A DNA stretch of 64,000 bases, from contig JAVHLP010000008.1 in assembly GCA_031082145.1 (NCBI GenBank), positions 8,818-72,817 of the forward strand. The letters are read 5' to 3'. Positions within the stretch are counted from its first letter, which is position 1, and each line of letters begins with the position of its first letter. The DNA comes from a bacterium. GTDB taxonomy: Bacteria; Bacillota; Sulfobacillia; UBA995. Made by a program: the position numbers and the translations under genes. Below are positions 29,121 to 38,709 of this stretch, in pieces. The notes below the pieces were generated by a model. That model ran no database searches. It saw only the letters and a program-made list of their open reading frames with translations, and was not told the DNA's origin.

Positions 29121-29471
29121 GCGACCAGATCGATAAGCCGAGTTCAGTCGAGGATGGTCATCTCTCTGGGACCAGGGTTGCCCCATGGCCTCATGCGACC
29201 AACCCGAGGGGTCGGCGGGCCGCGTCATTCCCCTCCTATTTGGTCTTGCTCCGGGTGGGGTTTGCCTAGCCGGCCCGTCACCGGACCGCTGGTGAGCTCT
29301 TACCTCACCGTTGCACCCTTGCCCGTCAGGGACGGGCGGTACGTTTTCTGTGGCACTTTCCTTGGGGTCGCCCCCACTGGGTGTTACCCAGCACCCTGCC
29401 CTGCGGAGCTCGGACTTTCCTCGGGCACGGCCTCGCGGCGCTTGTGCCCGCGACCACCTGATCTGGTCAGC
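29121..29471 (-). ncRNA. rnpB: RNase P RNA, bacterial class A
   Basis: Minus strand contains GAGGAAAGTCCGAGC, AGTGCCACAGAAAA, GGTAAGAGC, GGCAAACCCC and GAACTCGGCTTAT, with a P1 stem GACCAGATC/GATCTGGTC. Confidence 0.97.
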
Positions 29472-29495
29472 CGATCGGCTTATACTCGCCCCTTC

Positions 29496-29524
29496 ATGTT
29501 AGCATGGCTAAAGCGACCCGTCAA
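29496..29524 (-). promoter_or_regulatory. SigA-type promoter of rnpB
   Basis: TTGACG-N17-TAACAT with an extended -10 TG. Confidence 0.65.
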
Positions 29525-29630
29525 CAAATCGCCTTGGTCGCAACTCGGCCGGCCGTGGGGAGGCATCAACTTGACCCCGGCGGGTCCTTTGGGTCAGCTC
29601 GGCCCGGGGAACGTTGCCCCGGGGAAGAGC

Positions 29631-31031
29631 TCAGAAGATGATCGTGAAGACGGCTCCCTTTCCGGTGTTGCCGGCCTCAATCTTGCCGTTGTGCTGCTCA
29701 ATGATGGACTCCACAATGGAAAGCCCGATGCCGTGCTTGCCCCCGCTGCCTTTGTAGAAGCGATCAAAAATGCGGGGAAGGTCTTCGCCTGCTATGCCGT
29801 CACCGTCGTCGATCACCGAGACGGTTGTCCTGCCGTTCTCCTGACGGCAGGCAAGGGTGATGGTGCTTCTTGCGTACCTGAGCGCGTTTGAGATGAGGTT
29901 TGAGAAGGCACGGGACATGCGCTTTTCATCGCATAGCAGGTTTACCGGCTCGCCATCAAACTCGAAGATGAACTGGAGATTCCGCTCCGCCGCCAGGCTT
30001 CTCTGACGCTCGGCGCAGTTTGAGAGGAGTTCGCGCAGGTCATGCTGTTCAGTTCTGCCGCTCGGGGTTATGCTATCAATCCGCGAGAGGTAAAGCAAGT
30101 CCTCAACCATCTCGCTGAGCCGATCGGTTTCGCCCATTATCACCCGGCTCGATCGCCTGGGGTCCAGAATCCCGTGTGCGATGCCTTCGGCGTTGCACCT
30201 GATAGTCTGCAGCGGAGTCCTGAGCTCATGGGACACGTTTTGGAAGAAGGTCTTCTGCTCCTTGTCGTAGGCATCAAGCTGAGCGGCCGCTTTGTTCATG
30301 CTCTCGGCAAGCTCTGCGAGTTCCCTATCCCTGTAGTTCAAGGCGCTGGTCGCGAAGTCTCCCTTCCCTATTCTCACTGCAAGCCGTTTGAGCTCTCTGA
30401 CCGGTGCCGCGATCCTGTCCGACAGAAACATGGCGATGCCGAAGGCCAGAACCCCGGCCACACCCATGACCACCGAGAGCACGGTGTTTAGGCGATCGGA
30501 GAAGGAGGTGATGGCCGTCATGTCGATGTAGTATACCAGGTAGGACAGCCCCCCCGGCATCGGCACCGAGACCAGGTAATACTCCCTGTCGGAGACCTTG
30601 AGCCGCAGGATCTCGGCCTTCCGCAGATCCACCCCCTCGGCCTCCAACTGCGCCACGACGGCGCTTATCTCATCATGATTGGGGATGAAGTTCAGGCCGG
30701 GATCGGGGAACAGGAGTTCGTAGTCTTCGGACACGATTACCGCCTCGGCCCTGCCGATCGGGCCCCTCGGCAGCCTTCTCATGTCGGGGATGAACTCCGG
30801 CCTGTGGTCCGGCGGAGGCTGGCTCACGGGTGGGGGGCCTTGGACGTTCCCCATGTCACTTAGCACTTGGAGGGCCTCTCTCAGCTGTTCGTTCACGCTG
30901 GCCTTGATGTACTCGCCGACCAGCAGGTTGAAGACCGCCAGGACAACCAGGAAGATGGCGGCGATCAGAGACAGCACCATGACCAGAATCCGGGTGCGGA
31001 TGCTGATCTTAAGCGTGCGGGTCTTACTCAC
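29631..31031 (-). CDS. Sensor histidine kinase (HAMP, HisKA, HATPase)
   Basis: Two TM segments; SHELRTPL, NLISNALRY, DDGDGI and GIGLSI motifs. Confidence 0.95.
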   Translation of the reverse strand: MSKTRTLKISIRTRILVMVLSLIAAIFLVVLAVFNLLVGEYIKASVNEQLREALQVLSDMGNVQGPPPVSQPPPDHRPEFIPDMRRLPRGPIGRAEAVIVSEDYELLFPDPGLNFIPNHDEISAVVAQLEAEGVDLRKAEILRLKVSDREYYLVSVPMPGGLSYLVYYIDMTAITSFSDRLNTVLSVVMGVAGVLAFGIAMFLSDRIAAPVRELKRLAVRIGKGDFATSALNYRDRELAELAESMNKAAAQLDAYDKEQKTFFQNVSHELRTPLQTIRCNAEGIAHGILDPRRSSRVIMGETDRLSEMVEDLLYLSRIDSITPSGRTEQHDLRELLSNCAERQRSLAAERNLQFIFEFDGEPVNLLCDEKRMSRAFSNLISNALRYARSTITLACRQENGRTTVSVIDDGDGIAGEDLPRIFDRFYKGSGGKHGIGLSIVESIIEQHNGKIEAGNTGKGAVFTIIF

Positions 31032-31725
31032 CGGCCGGGCGTTCCTTAAGGCGAAAACCAAAGCCCCACACCGTCTCAATGAGAGTCCTGCTGCCCGATA
31101 GTTTCTTCCGCAGCCGCCGCACGGTGTCGTCGGCGGCTCGCGTTTCCACTTCGCTATTGTACCCCCATATCTTGTTCAACAGTTCCTCCCGGGATATGGC
31201 TCTGTCTTTGTGCTGGATGAGATAACACAAGAGATTGTACTCATTCGGCGTGAGCTCCAAGGGAGCGCCCTCAAGCACTGCGGTCTTGTTGTTAAGGTCC
31301 ACTCGAACACCGGCATGCTCAAGAACAAGCGGCAGCGGAGTCTTCTTCTCCTTCGTATCGAATTCCATCCGGCGGAATATCGCCTTCACTCTCATGACAA
31401 GCGATATGGCCGAGAATGGCTTGGTGAAGTAGTCGTCGCTGCCGAGGTTTATCCCGGTGGCATATTCCAGCTCACCCTCACGAGCCGTGAGCATGATGAT
31501 GGGAACGGTGCTGATCTTGCGCAATTCCGAGCATACGGCAAACCCACTGGACCCCGGCATCATCACGTCGAGGATCACCAGGTCGCTTGGCCTCTCCCGG
31601 AAGGCGGCGAGCAACTGGTCGCCGTCCTCGAAGGCGCTGACGCAATACCCCTCACTCTCCAAGAAAGACTTGACCACCTCGCGTATGTTCTGCTCGTCGT
31701 CGGCAATGTAGATGCGCTCGTTCAT
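31024..31725 (-). CDS. OmpR-family response regulator
   Basis: IADDE, LDVMMP, KPF and ETVWGFGF motifs. Confidence 0.95.
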   Translation of the reverse strand: MNERIYIADDEQNIREVVKSFLESEGYCVSAFEDGDQLLAAFRERPSDLVILDVMMPGSSGFAVCSELRKISTVPIIMLTAREGELEYATGINLGSDDYFTKPFSAISLVMRVKAIFRRMEFDTKEKKTPLPLVLEHAGVRVDLNNKTAVLEGAPLELTPNEYNLLCYLIQHKDRAISREELLNKIWGYNSEVETRAADDTVRRLRKKLSGSRTLIETVWGFGFRLKERPAGE

Positions 31726-31798
31726 GCCCTTGTCCACCTCCCCTTCTATCGTTGCCCAGCCGGCAGCCAGCTTCACCCCGGGGAAGGCAGGGCTCTCC

Positions 31799-33535
31799 TC
31801 AGGGACCACCGGCTGCCACGTGTCTCCGGCCCTTGAAAGACGCGGCCAGGATGACGCCGGCAGTCATGACAAGGCCCCATGCCAGCAAGGGAGCCGCCGA
31901 GTTGCCTTCGCCGGTCGCCGTGAGGCCGGGCTCTTCTCCCGGCCGGATGCCGGGTGCGGGCTCACCGCGGCCACCCGGGAGAGGTCCCGGCGGCAGCACG
32001 GCCCCGGGTTGGCGGCCGGCACCCTCCCCGGGAGGCCTCACCGCGTCGCCACGGGGAAGCTGCGGCGCGAGGGGCCCACCCCCACCCAGGTTCGGCACTC
32101 TACCTCCGGCCATTCCCATGCCGCTACCGGCGTTGGTGGAGGGCAATTCCCCGCTGAGCTGCCGGTGAATTGACGTGGACATTGCGGCAGCGAGTTCAAG
32201 CAGCCCGGGGACGTTTCCGCCCAGGCCCGGCACTCCGCCTATCTGGAAGCCCTGGCGGCCCGGTTGGGCGGCCACCCCTGGCAGCTGCGGCAACACTCCT
32301 GCTTGATCTGCGTCACCCATGGCGCCGCCGGCAACGGTGCCGGAGATGCTCATCACAAACTGCTCGTAGGTGTAGAAGGCGGTGGGATCGGTCCTGACGT
32401 ATTCCGAGATGAGTTCAAAGAGCCGCGCGGTTTCCGCTTCCAGATAGCCCCCGCTCAGGTACTCGGTGGCGACCCATTCGAGGTAGGCATGATAGGTCTC
32501 AAGACGTCGCTCATCCTTTAGGAGTTCGGCGATGAGGGGTCTATCGGCCAGTGGCCCCTGGGTCGGCTCGTCGATGTACACGCTCTGAGCATCGCCGTTG
32601 AAGCCGAAACCACCGAAGGCCATGTTCAGGTCCCATGGCAGGATGGTGAACACCCCGCTTCGCTCGTACAAGTAGTAGTTGTGGGCAAAGTTGCCCTGGT
32701 AGCTGTCGAAGTTGACGAGGGCCGTGCTGACGGCAATGTACCTCAGGGCCGCGTCGACGTCCAGGTACCTCTCGATGTCGCCACCGTTGTTCAGCGCGTC
32801 CAGCATCCTCGTGAGCTTGGACCAGTCGGCCTTCTTCAGCGTACTCTTCACCTCGAGGCTCGAATAGCCTGCCGGATCGGTGCCGTTGTACTTCAAGGTA
32901 TTCCCCACCGACTTGTACAGATCTCCGGTAAGGTCCCCGAAGTTCCGCTCGAGATAGGGCTCAAGTATGCTCTCAACCGCGAGGTAGAGCCCGAAGTACT
33001 CGCCGTTCACATATACGGCGGCAGGGGCGAAGGCCGGCACGGCCACCCCCATCTCCTCGAATATCTGGTAGGAGAGATACTCCCGCATGTAGGAGGGATC
33101 GGAGAAGCCGTTGTTCAGGTTCAACTGGGTCAACCCCGCCAGGGTCTGGTTCTCTATTAGGCCGTTGAAGTTGAGCTTGAAGCTGTAGCGGTTGCCGCCG
33201 CTGCGGGCGACCGTCATGAGGCTGGAATTGCCCTTGGGCCGGATCTTCACGAACGGGTAGACGTCGCCGTTGACGGTAACCGTCGCGATCCGGAACTCCT
33301 CCTGGCGAGCATTTTCTATCATGTACGCCCAATCGGCTTCGCTCATCTCAATGCGGATGTCCATGACCTCGTCGCGCTGGAAATACCGGGTCACGTACTC
33401 GTCACCGTAAACGGTGACGACACCGGTGCCGAACATCCTGAAGCCGGCGATGAAGAGGGTCACCAGCCCGGCCATCACCAGGGACAGGGCCGCGATCTTC
33501 ACGTCGACCGTTCGCTCAGGATGCATATTCACCAC
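31799..33535 (-). CDS. CotH kinase family protein
   Basis: RPKGNSS, SFKLNF, DPSYMREYL, NFDSY, HNYYLY and PWDLN motifs; Gly/Pro-rich tail and a C-terminal TM segment. Confidence 0.92.
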   Translation of the reverse strand: MVNMHPERTVDVKIAALSLVMAGLVTLFIAGFRMFGTGVVTVYGDEYVTRYFQRDEVMDIRIEMSEADWAYMIENARQEEFRIATVTVNGDVYPFVKIRPKGNSSLMTVARSGGNRYSFKLNFNGLIENQTLAGLTQLNLNNGFSDPSYMREYLSYQIFEEMGVAVPAFAPAAVYVNGEYFGLYLAVESILEPYLERNFGDLTGDLYKSVGNTLKYNGTDPAGYSSLEVKSTLKKADWSKLTRMLDALNNGGDIERYLDVDAALRYIAVSTALVNFDSYQGNFAHNYYLYERSGVFTILPWDLNMAFGGFGFNGDAQSVYIDEPTQGPLADRPLIAELLKDERRLETYHAYLEWVATEYLSGGYLEAETARLFELISEYVRTDPTAFYTYEQFVMSISGTVAGGAMGDADQAGVLPQLPGVAAQPGRQGFQIGGVPGLGGNVPGLLELAAAMSTSIHRQLSGELPSTNAGSGMGMAGGRVPNLGGGGPLAPQLPRGDAVRPPGEGAGRQPGAVLPPGPLPGGRGEPAPGIRPGEEPGLTATGEGNSAAPLLAWGLVMTAGVILAASFKGRRHVAAGGP

Positions 33536-34196
33536 TGAAGCTCATCAGGGCCGCGTTGGTGACCCCCGGGATTATCGACAGCTCGTTCACAAACCTGGTC
33601 TCACCGGTTTTCAGGCGTATCTCGAAGACGAGTTCAATGCCTCTCGCCGCCGAGACCGTCTTGGACTTGACGCGGTACCGGGAGACGTTCCTCCTCATCA
33701 GATCCACGGCATCGCCTTCCGCCCCCTCGTCCGCGCAGTTGATGATCACGATGTAGGGAGTCTCGATCACGTTCTGGCTGACAAAGGCGATGAGGATAAT
33801 GCCGATGATCACCGAACCCAGCACGGCCAGCGGGATCAGCCCCGCGCCCAGGACGATTCCCGCGCCGATGGACCAGAAGAGGAACACCAGGTCCATGGGG
33901 TCTCTTATGGCGGTGCGGAAGCGGATGATGGACAACGCGCCCACCATCCCCAGAGAGAGAACGACGTTGGAGGTCACGGCCAGGATGATGAGCGTCGTGA
34001 GCATGGTCAGAGCCACCAGCGAGACGTTGAAGGGACGCGAGTACATGACGCCCGAGAAAGTCTTCTTGTAGATCAGATAGACAAACATGCCCACGAGGAA
34101 CGCGGCCACCAGGGCCAGCACGGCGTCGGTGAAGGAGAACCCGGTCACCTTCTCCAGGAAGCTGGACTTGAAGATGTCGTTGAACGTGAACCGCAT
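33516..34196 (-). CDS. DUF4956 membrane protein
   Basis: SLGMVGALSIIRFRTAIRDP motif. Confidence 0.92.
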   Translation of the reverse strand: MRFTFNDIFKSSFLEKVTGFSFTDAVLALVAAFLVGMFVYLIYKKTFSGVMYSRPFNVSLVALTMLTTLIILAVTSNVVLSLGMVGALSIIRFRTAIRDPMDLVFLFWSIGAGIVLGAGLIPLAVLGSVIIGIILIAFVSQNVIETPYIVIINCADEGAEGDAVDLMRRNVSRYRVKSKTVSAARGIELVFEIRLKTGETRFVNELSIIPGVTNAALMSFSGEYAS

Positions 34197-34217
34197 TGGA
34201 TCGGCTCCTCTCGCAGA

Positions 34218-34904
34218 CTACGTGTAGACTCGGCAGGCGGCGTACTTCGAGACTGCCACCGGCGAGCATTTTCCCAGCTGGATGATGTCCTGGACCACTT
34301 CCGGCAGGAACCCGTCGAACTTCACCTCCAGGATGCAGATGCCGGGTTCCAGGGCCGGTGCGGTTGGGAGATCGGCATCAAACAGGTCGGTGGCGTTTAT
34401 CGACGCCCTGACGTCACTGTCCAGGGTCACCCGCACGTTGCCGGGGCGGTGGAGGTAGGCCTCCCGCAAGTAATCCACAACCGTTCTGGGGAGCCAGCGT
34501 TCCGTCCTGACCTTCAGGTAGAACTCCCTCAATAGCACCTGATCCGAGTCTCTCAGGAAGGCGACCTCACCCCTGCAGATGTCCTGCACCTCTTCCCTGG
34601 TCACTCTGGCTCCGAGCTTCGCGGCCTTGCCGTAGTGCTTGACCTTCTTCTCCAGCCGGATGAAGCTATGGTCGTGATTGTACAAGCGGATGCGGAATTT
34701 CTCCTTCATGGGCGCCCCGTCGATCTTGTCCCGGAGTGCACGGTCCTCGGGGGTGTCGAAATACAGGCTCCGGACATGATAGCTGCCTTCCGGCCGGGCA
34801 TGGGGGTCCAGGCGCAGGACGCAGGACAGCCTGCTCCTGAGAACTGCCGCGTCGGCCACGGTGATGATGTGTTTGAACTCGTTCCGATACGCCAGGTTGG
34901 TCAC
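34218..34904 (-). CDS. VTC / polyphosphate polymerase domain protein
   Basis: RNEFKH, RSLYFD, KFRIRLY, RVTLD, ILEVKF and SKY motifs. Confidence 0.92.
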   Translation of the reverse strand: MTNLAYRNEFKHIITVADAAVLRSRLSCVLRLDPHARPEGSYHVRSLYFDTPEDRALRDKIDGAPMKEKFRIRLYNHDHSFIRLEKKVKHYGKAAKLGARVTREEVQDICRGEVAFLRDSDQVLLREFYLKVRTERWLPRTVVDYLREAYLHRPGNVRVTLDSDVRASINATDLFDADLPTAPALEPGICILEVKFDGFLPEVVQDIIQLGKCSPVAVSKYAACRVYT

Positions 34905-34948
34905 TCGGCGCCACCTCGCTTCCTCGCCCTGGCGGCCTTCTCACCTTG

Positions 34949-35014
34949 ATTCTAACCGGGAACGGGGGTGGGAAGCTCCGAAAAGCAGCGGCGGTAATGC
35001 CGCGGAACTGCCGC
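34949..35014 (-). promoter_or_regulatory. Candidate promoter of the VTC operon, with an 11-bp tandem repeat
   Basis: TAGAAT -10 at 34949-34954; tandem GGTAATGCCGC/GGAACTGCCGC (+ strand) at 34993-35014. Confidence 0.4.
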
Positions 35015-35165
35015 AACCCCGCCCCCGCCCGGGAGGACCCTGGCGAAGCAGGATGGGAGAGCCGATCCGGCGAAAGGGAGGCCGCGTACGGTGGCCGGGA
35101 AAGGCCCACAATAGGCAATGGGCCCGCGGCCGTCTAAACGAACCCAGGGGTCAGGAGGCAGGCCG

Positions 35166-36911
35166 GTGGAAGATGTAGGTTGCGGCAGCGCGATCAACTT
35201 CATCCAGAGCATCATTGACAAGGACCGGGCCGAGGGCTGGAATGACGGCCGGGTGCATACCCGGTTCCCTCCTGAACCAAATGGGTACCTGCATATCGGT
35301 CATGCCAAGGCCGTCATCCTCAATTACGGGCTGGCCGTAAGGAACAACGGTCTGTTCAACCTGCGCTTTGACGATACCAACCCTGCAACCGAGAACGAGG
35401 AGTTCGTGGAGTCGATCATCCGCGATGTCAAGTGGCTGGGAGCGGACTGGGGCGATCGGTTGTTCTTCGCCTCCGACTACTTCGATCAGTTCTATGACTT
35501 TGCCGTTCAGCTGATTGAGAAAGGGAAAGCCTACGTCTGTGACCTGAGCCAGGACGAGATGCGCGAGCACCGGGGGACTCTCACCCGGCCGGGGCGGGAG
35601 AGCCCTCACCGCGATCGCCCGATTGAGGAGAACCTCGACCTGTTCAAACGGATGCGAGCCGGTGAGTTCGCAGCCGGCTCACGAACCTTGAGGGCGAAGA
35701 TCGACATGGCCTCGGCCAACATGAACCTGCGGGACCCCGTGCTCTACCGCATCCTGCACGCGCGTCACCACCGGACCGGGGACCGCTGGTGCATCTACCC
35801 GATGTATGACTACGCCCATCCCCTGGGCGATGCCCTGGAGAGCATCACCCATTCCATCTGTACCCTGGAATACTGCGACCACCGGCCGCTCTATGACTGG
35901 GTGCTCGACAACGTGGATTATCAGCTGGTGCCGGGCGTTCGAGGACGGCCCAAGCAAATCGAGTTCGCCCGGCTGAACACCAACTACACCGTCATGAGCA
36001 AACGCAAGCTCCGGCGGCTGGTTGAGGAGGGCCACGTGAGCGGGTGGGACGACCCCCGCATGCCCACCATTGCCGGTATCCGCCGGCGAGGGTATACTCC
36101 CGAGGCCATCCGCTCCTTCTGCGATCAGATCGGGGTGGCCAAGAGCGATAGCGTGGTGGACCTGGCCTTCCTGGAGCACTGCGTCCGGGAGGACCTGAAC
36201 CGAAAGGCCCCGCGGGTGATGGCCGTCCTCCGGCCCCTGAAGCTGACCATCGTCAACTACCCCGAGGGCCAGACGGAGTGGTTGGAGGTCGAGAACAACC
36301 CGGAGGATCCCGCCGGCGGCAGCCGCCGGGTACCGCTGGCCCGGGAGTTGTACGTCGAGCAGGATGACTTCCGGGAGGATCCGCCTCCCAAATTCTTCCG
36401 CCTGGCGCCCGGCCGCGAGGTTCGCCTCAAGGGCGCGTACATCATCAAATGCGAGCGCGCCCTGAAGGATCCGTCCACCGGGGCGATCATCGAGTTGCAG
36501 TGTACCCATGACCCGGAGACCAGGAGCGGGGGGCCCGGCAGCGACCGAAAGGTCAAAGCCACCATCCACTGGGTGTCGGCGACGCACAGCCTTCCCGCCA
36601 CGGTCCGCCTCTATGACAAGCTGTTTCTGACCGCGGACGCCGAGGCGGGCCCGGAGGACCAGGACTTCACGGCCAACCTCAACCCGGAATCGATCGAGGT
36701 CCTCAACCAGTGCCGGGTGGAACCCGCGGTGGCCCACGCCACCGCCGGGAGCCGCTACCAGTTCCTACGGCAGGCCTACTTCCATGCCGATCCTGAGGAC
36801 TCCCGGGAAGGCCACCCCGTCTTCAACCGCATAGTCAGCCTGCGCGACGACTGGGCCCGGGCACAGAAGGCGCGGTCACCCGATGGACCCGGCGACGGGA
36901 CGGCAAGGTAG
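35166..36911 (+). CDS. glnS: Glutaminyl-tRNA synthetase
   Basis: [35 protein letters not shown] and EVRLKGAY motifs. Confidence 0.97.
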   Translation: MEDVGCGSAINFIQSIIDKDRAEGWNDGRVHTRFPPEPNGYLHIGHAKAVILNYGLAVRNNGLFNLRFDDTNPATENEEFVESIIRDVKWLGADWGDRLFFASDYFDQFYDFAVQLIEKGKAYVCDLSQDEMREHRGTLTRPGRESPHRDRPIEENLDLFKRMRAGEFAAGSRTLRAKIDMASANMNLRDPVLYRILHARHHRTGDRWCIYPMYDYAHPLGDALESITHSICTLEYCDHRPLYDWVLDNVDYQLVPGVRGRPKQIEFARLNTNYTVMSKRKLRRLVEEGHVSGWDDPRMPTIAGIRRRGYTPEAIRSFCDQIGVAKSDSVVDLAFLEHCVREDLNRKAPRVMAVLRPLKLTIVNYPEGQTEWLEVENNPEDPAGGSRRVPLARELYVEQDDFREDPPPKFFRLAPGREVRLKGAYIIKCERALKDPSTGAIIELQCTHDPETRSGGPGSDRKVKATIHWVSATHSLPATVRLYDKLFLTADAEAGPEDQDFTANLNPESIEVLNQCRVEPAVAHATAGSRYQFLRQAYFHADPEDSREGHPVFNRIVSLRDDWARAQKARSPDGPGDGTAR

Positions 36912-36926
36912 TCCCTCGTCGCGACT

Positions 36927-37157
36927 TCAGCGGCCGGCCTCCCTGGCTTCCAGCCGCCAGACCGTACCCCGCTTGGAGGGACAGGAGATCAACCAGACCC
37001 GCTTGTCAGTCTCCCAGGATGGCGCTCCTAACGAGCACAGGATGGCAGGGACCATGATGGATTGGATCAGGGCCCCGCACATCCCCGGCGGAGGTCTCCC
37101 CGTCCACTCGAAGGTCTGCCCCAGTTCATACTCACACTCTCCCCGCTTCTCCACCAT
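36927..37157 (-). CDS. Small Cys-containing protein (TIGR04076-like)
   Basis: GEC...GQTF...GMC...SCP...VWRLE pattern; the 5' end may be frameshifted. Confidence 0.5.
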   Translation of the reverse strand: MVEKRGECEYELGQTFEWTGRPPPGMCGALIQSIMVPAILCSLGAPSWETDKRVWLISCPSKRGTVWRLEAREAGR

Positions 37158-37318
37158 ATGACGATGTCCACCGGCACCCTTACTCCCCTGGCGACGCTCA
37201 CCGGCCATCACCCCGGTCTCGCGTTCGCCGGGCCTGGCCGCGTTACCTCCCGCGTCCGACCGGGCCGGCATGCCGTTGGCAAAGGTGAACTCCCCTGCCG
37301 TGGCCAATCCCCCCCGGG

Positions 37319-37987
37319 GTGATGGCGGTGAGCAGTGGCGAGGTCTTCCCCCGGGCCGGCACCGACGAGTCGGGCAAGGGCGACTACTTCGGGCCCCTGG
37401 TGGTCGCCGCAGTGGCGATCGACGAGCCGTCGGCGGAATCCCTCCGGCAGGCAGGAGTGCGGGATTCCAAGCGCCTCTCCGACCGCTCGGCCCGGGATCT
37501 GGCCGGCCGGATACGTAGTTCTTGCCCCAGCGAGGTCGTGGCCATCGGGCCGGTGAAGTACAACGAGCTGTACGAACGCCTGGGCAACCTCAACCGGCTG
37601 CTGGCGTGGGCCCACGCCCGGGCCATTGAGAACTTGCTGGCCAGGACCCAGTGCCACCTGGTGGTGACCGATCAGTTCGGGGATGAGCGCTACGTCCGGG
37701 CGGCCTTGATGGCCCGCGGCCGGCAGGTAGAGCTCAGGCAGTTCCCGGGAGCGGAGGCCGACCTGGCGGTGGCGGCCGCGTCGGTGGTCGCCCGGGCCGG
37801 TTTCCTGGACCGCCTGGAGAGGTTGGCCGGGCGGGCGGGAACGGTCCTGCCCAAAGGGGCCGGCCCCGCGGTGGAAGCCGCGGCCCTGCTAATAGCCAGG
37901 GAAAGAGGGCGCGAGGGGCTCGAACAAGTCGCGAAGCTCCACTTCCGCACGACAGTACGGATCCTGCGACGGGCCGGGATGGCCTAG
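37319..37987 (+). CDS. rnhC: Ribonuclease HIII-type catalytic domain
   Basis: GTDESGKGDYFGP, RDSK, DQF, VAAASVVAR, LPKGAG and AKLHFRT motifs. Confidence 0.8.
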   Translation: MMAVSSGEVFPRAGTDESGKGDYFGPLVVAAVAIDEPSAESLRQAGVRDSKRLSDRSARDLAGRIRSSCPSEVVAIGPVKYNELYERLGNLNRLLAWAHARAIENLLARTQCHLVVTDQFGDERYVRAALMARGRQVELRQFPGAEADLAVAAASVVARAGFLDRLERLAGRAGTVLPKGAGPAVEAAALLIARERGREGLEQVAKLHFRTTVRILRRAGMA

Positions 37988-38709
37988 CCTTCGACCCAGC
38001 AGAGTATGCGCCCGCAACTCTCGCACTTCACAAGCCGGCCTTGCCGTGCCTGGCCCAGGAGGACTGGGGGCACTGCCACCCGGCAGCCCTCGCAGATGCC
38101 CCGGGCCAGCCGTACCGCCGCCACACCCCCGCGGCGAGGGCGGATTCGCTCATACTCCGCCAGCAACGGGGGGGCGATCGAGCCGGCCAGGGCCTGGCGC
38201 CGCTCGGGGATGGTTTCCAGGGCCTCTTCGACGGCCGCCCGCCGCTCGGCGTTGGCCTGCTCCGCCAGTCGCAGGGCGGCGCGCTCCTCCTCCAGGGTCC
38301 GGTTCGCCTCCGCCAGAGCGGGCTTGAGCGTCTCCAGCTCTTCCATGGCCGTCAGGGCCTGGTCGTCCAGGGATCCAATGGTGCCGGCGACTGACTCCAG
38401 CTTCCGGCGCATCTGATCCAGTTCCTTGGGGTTGCCGATCTCGCCGCTGTACAACTTCCGGTCCAATTCGCCCTGCTTGCGTTTGAGTTCGGCCGCCTCT
38501 TTCTCGGCCCAACCGAGTTCGCGGGTGAGTACGACCTGTCGCTCAAGGAGCTGTCTCACTCTCTCCTGCCGGGACTCGACGCGGCGGCGGGGCTCGTCTA
38601 CTTCAGGAGCTTCCCGCAGGGACGCCAGCTCCCGCTCCAGGGCCGCCTGTTCCGAGTCCACTTCCTGCAGCCGCAGGAGAACGTCGCAGCCCCCGTTGCC
38701 TTGGGTCAA
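37984..38709 (-). CDS. Coiled-coil protein with a C4 zinc ribbon (DUF164/CT398-like)
   Basis: LQEVD, long coiled coil, CEGC...CESCGRIL. Confidence 0.9.
   Translation of the reverse strand: MTQGNGGCDVLLRLQEVDSEQAALERELASLREAPEVDEPRRRVESRQERVRQLLERQVVLTRELGWAEKEAAELKRKQGELDRKLYSGEIGNPKELDQMRRKLESVAGTIGSLDDQALTAMEELETLKPALAEANRTLEEERAALRLAEQANAERRAAVEEALETIPERRQALAGSIAPPLLAEYERIRPRRGGVAAVRLARGICEGCRVAVPPVLLGQARQGRLVKCESCGRILCWVEG

Noticed and set aside
28632-29891. 419-aa ORF on the plus strand
   Set aside because: It overlaps rnpB and two real minus-strand genes; spurious.
34905-35165. T-box riboswitch upstream of glnS
   Set aside because: No T-box consensus (GGTGGNACCGCG) and no terminator with a U-tract is visible.
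35166-36911. GlnRS in a Gram-positive-type genome as a novelty
   Set aside because: glnS is already known from many clostridia-like Bacillota.
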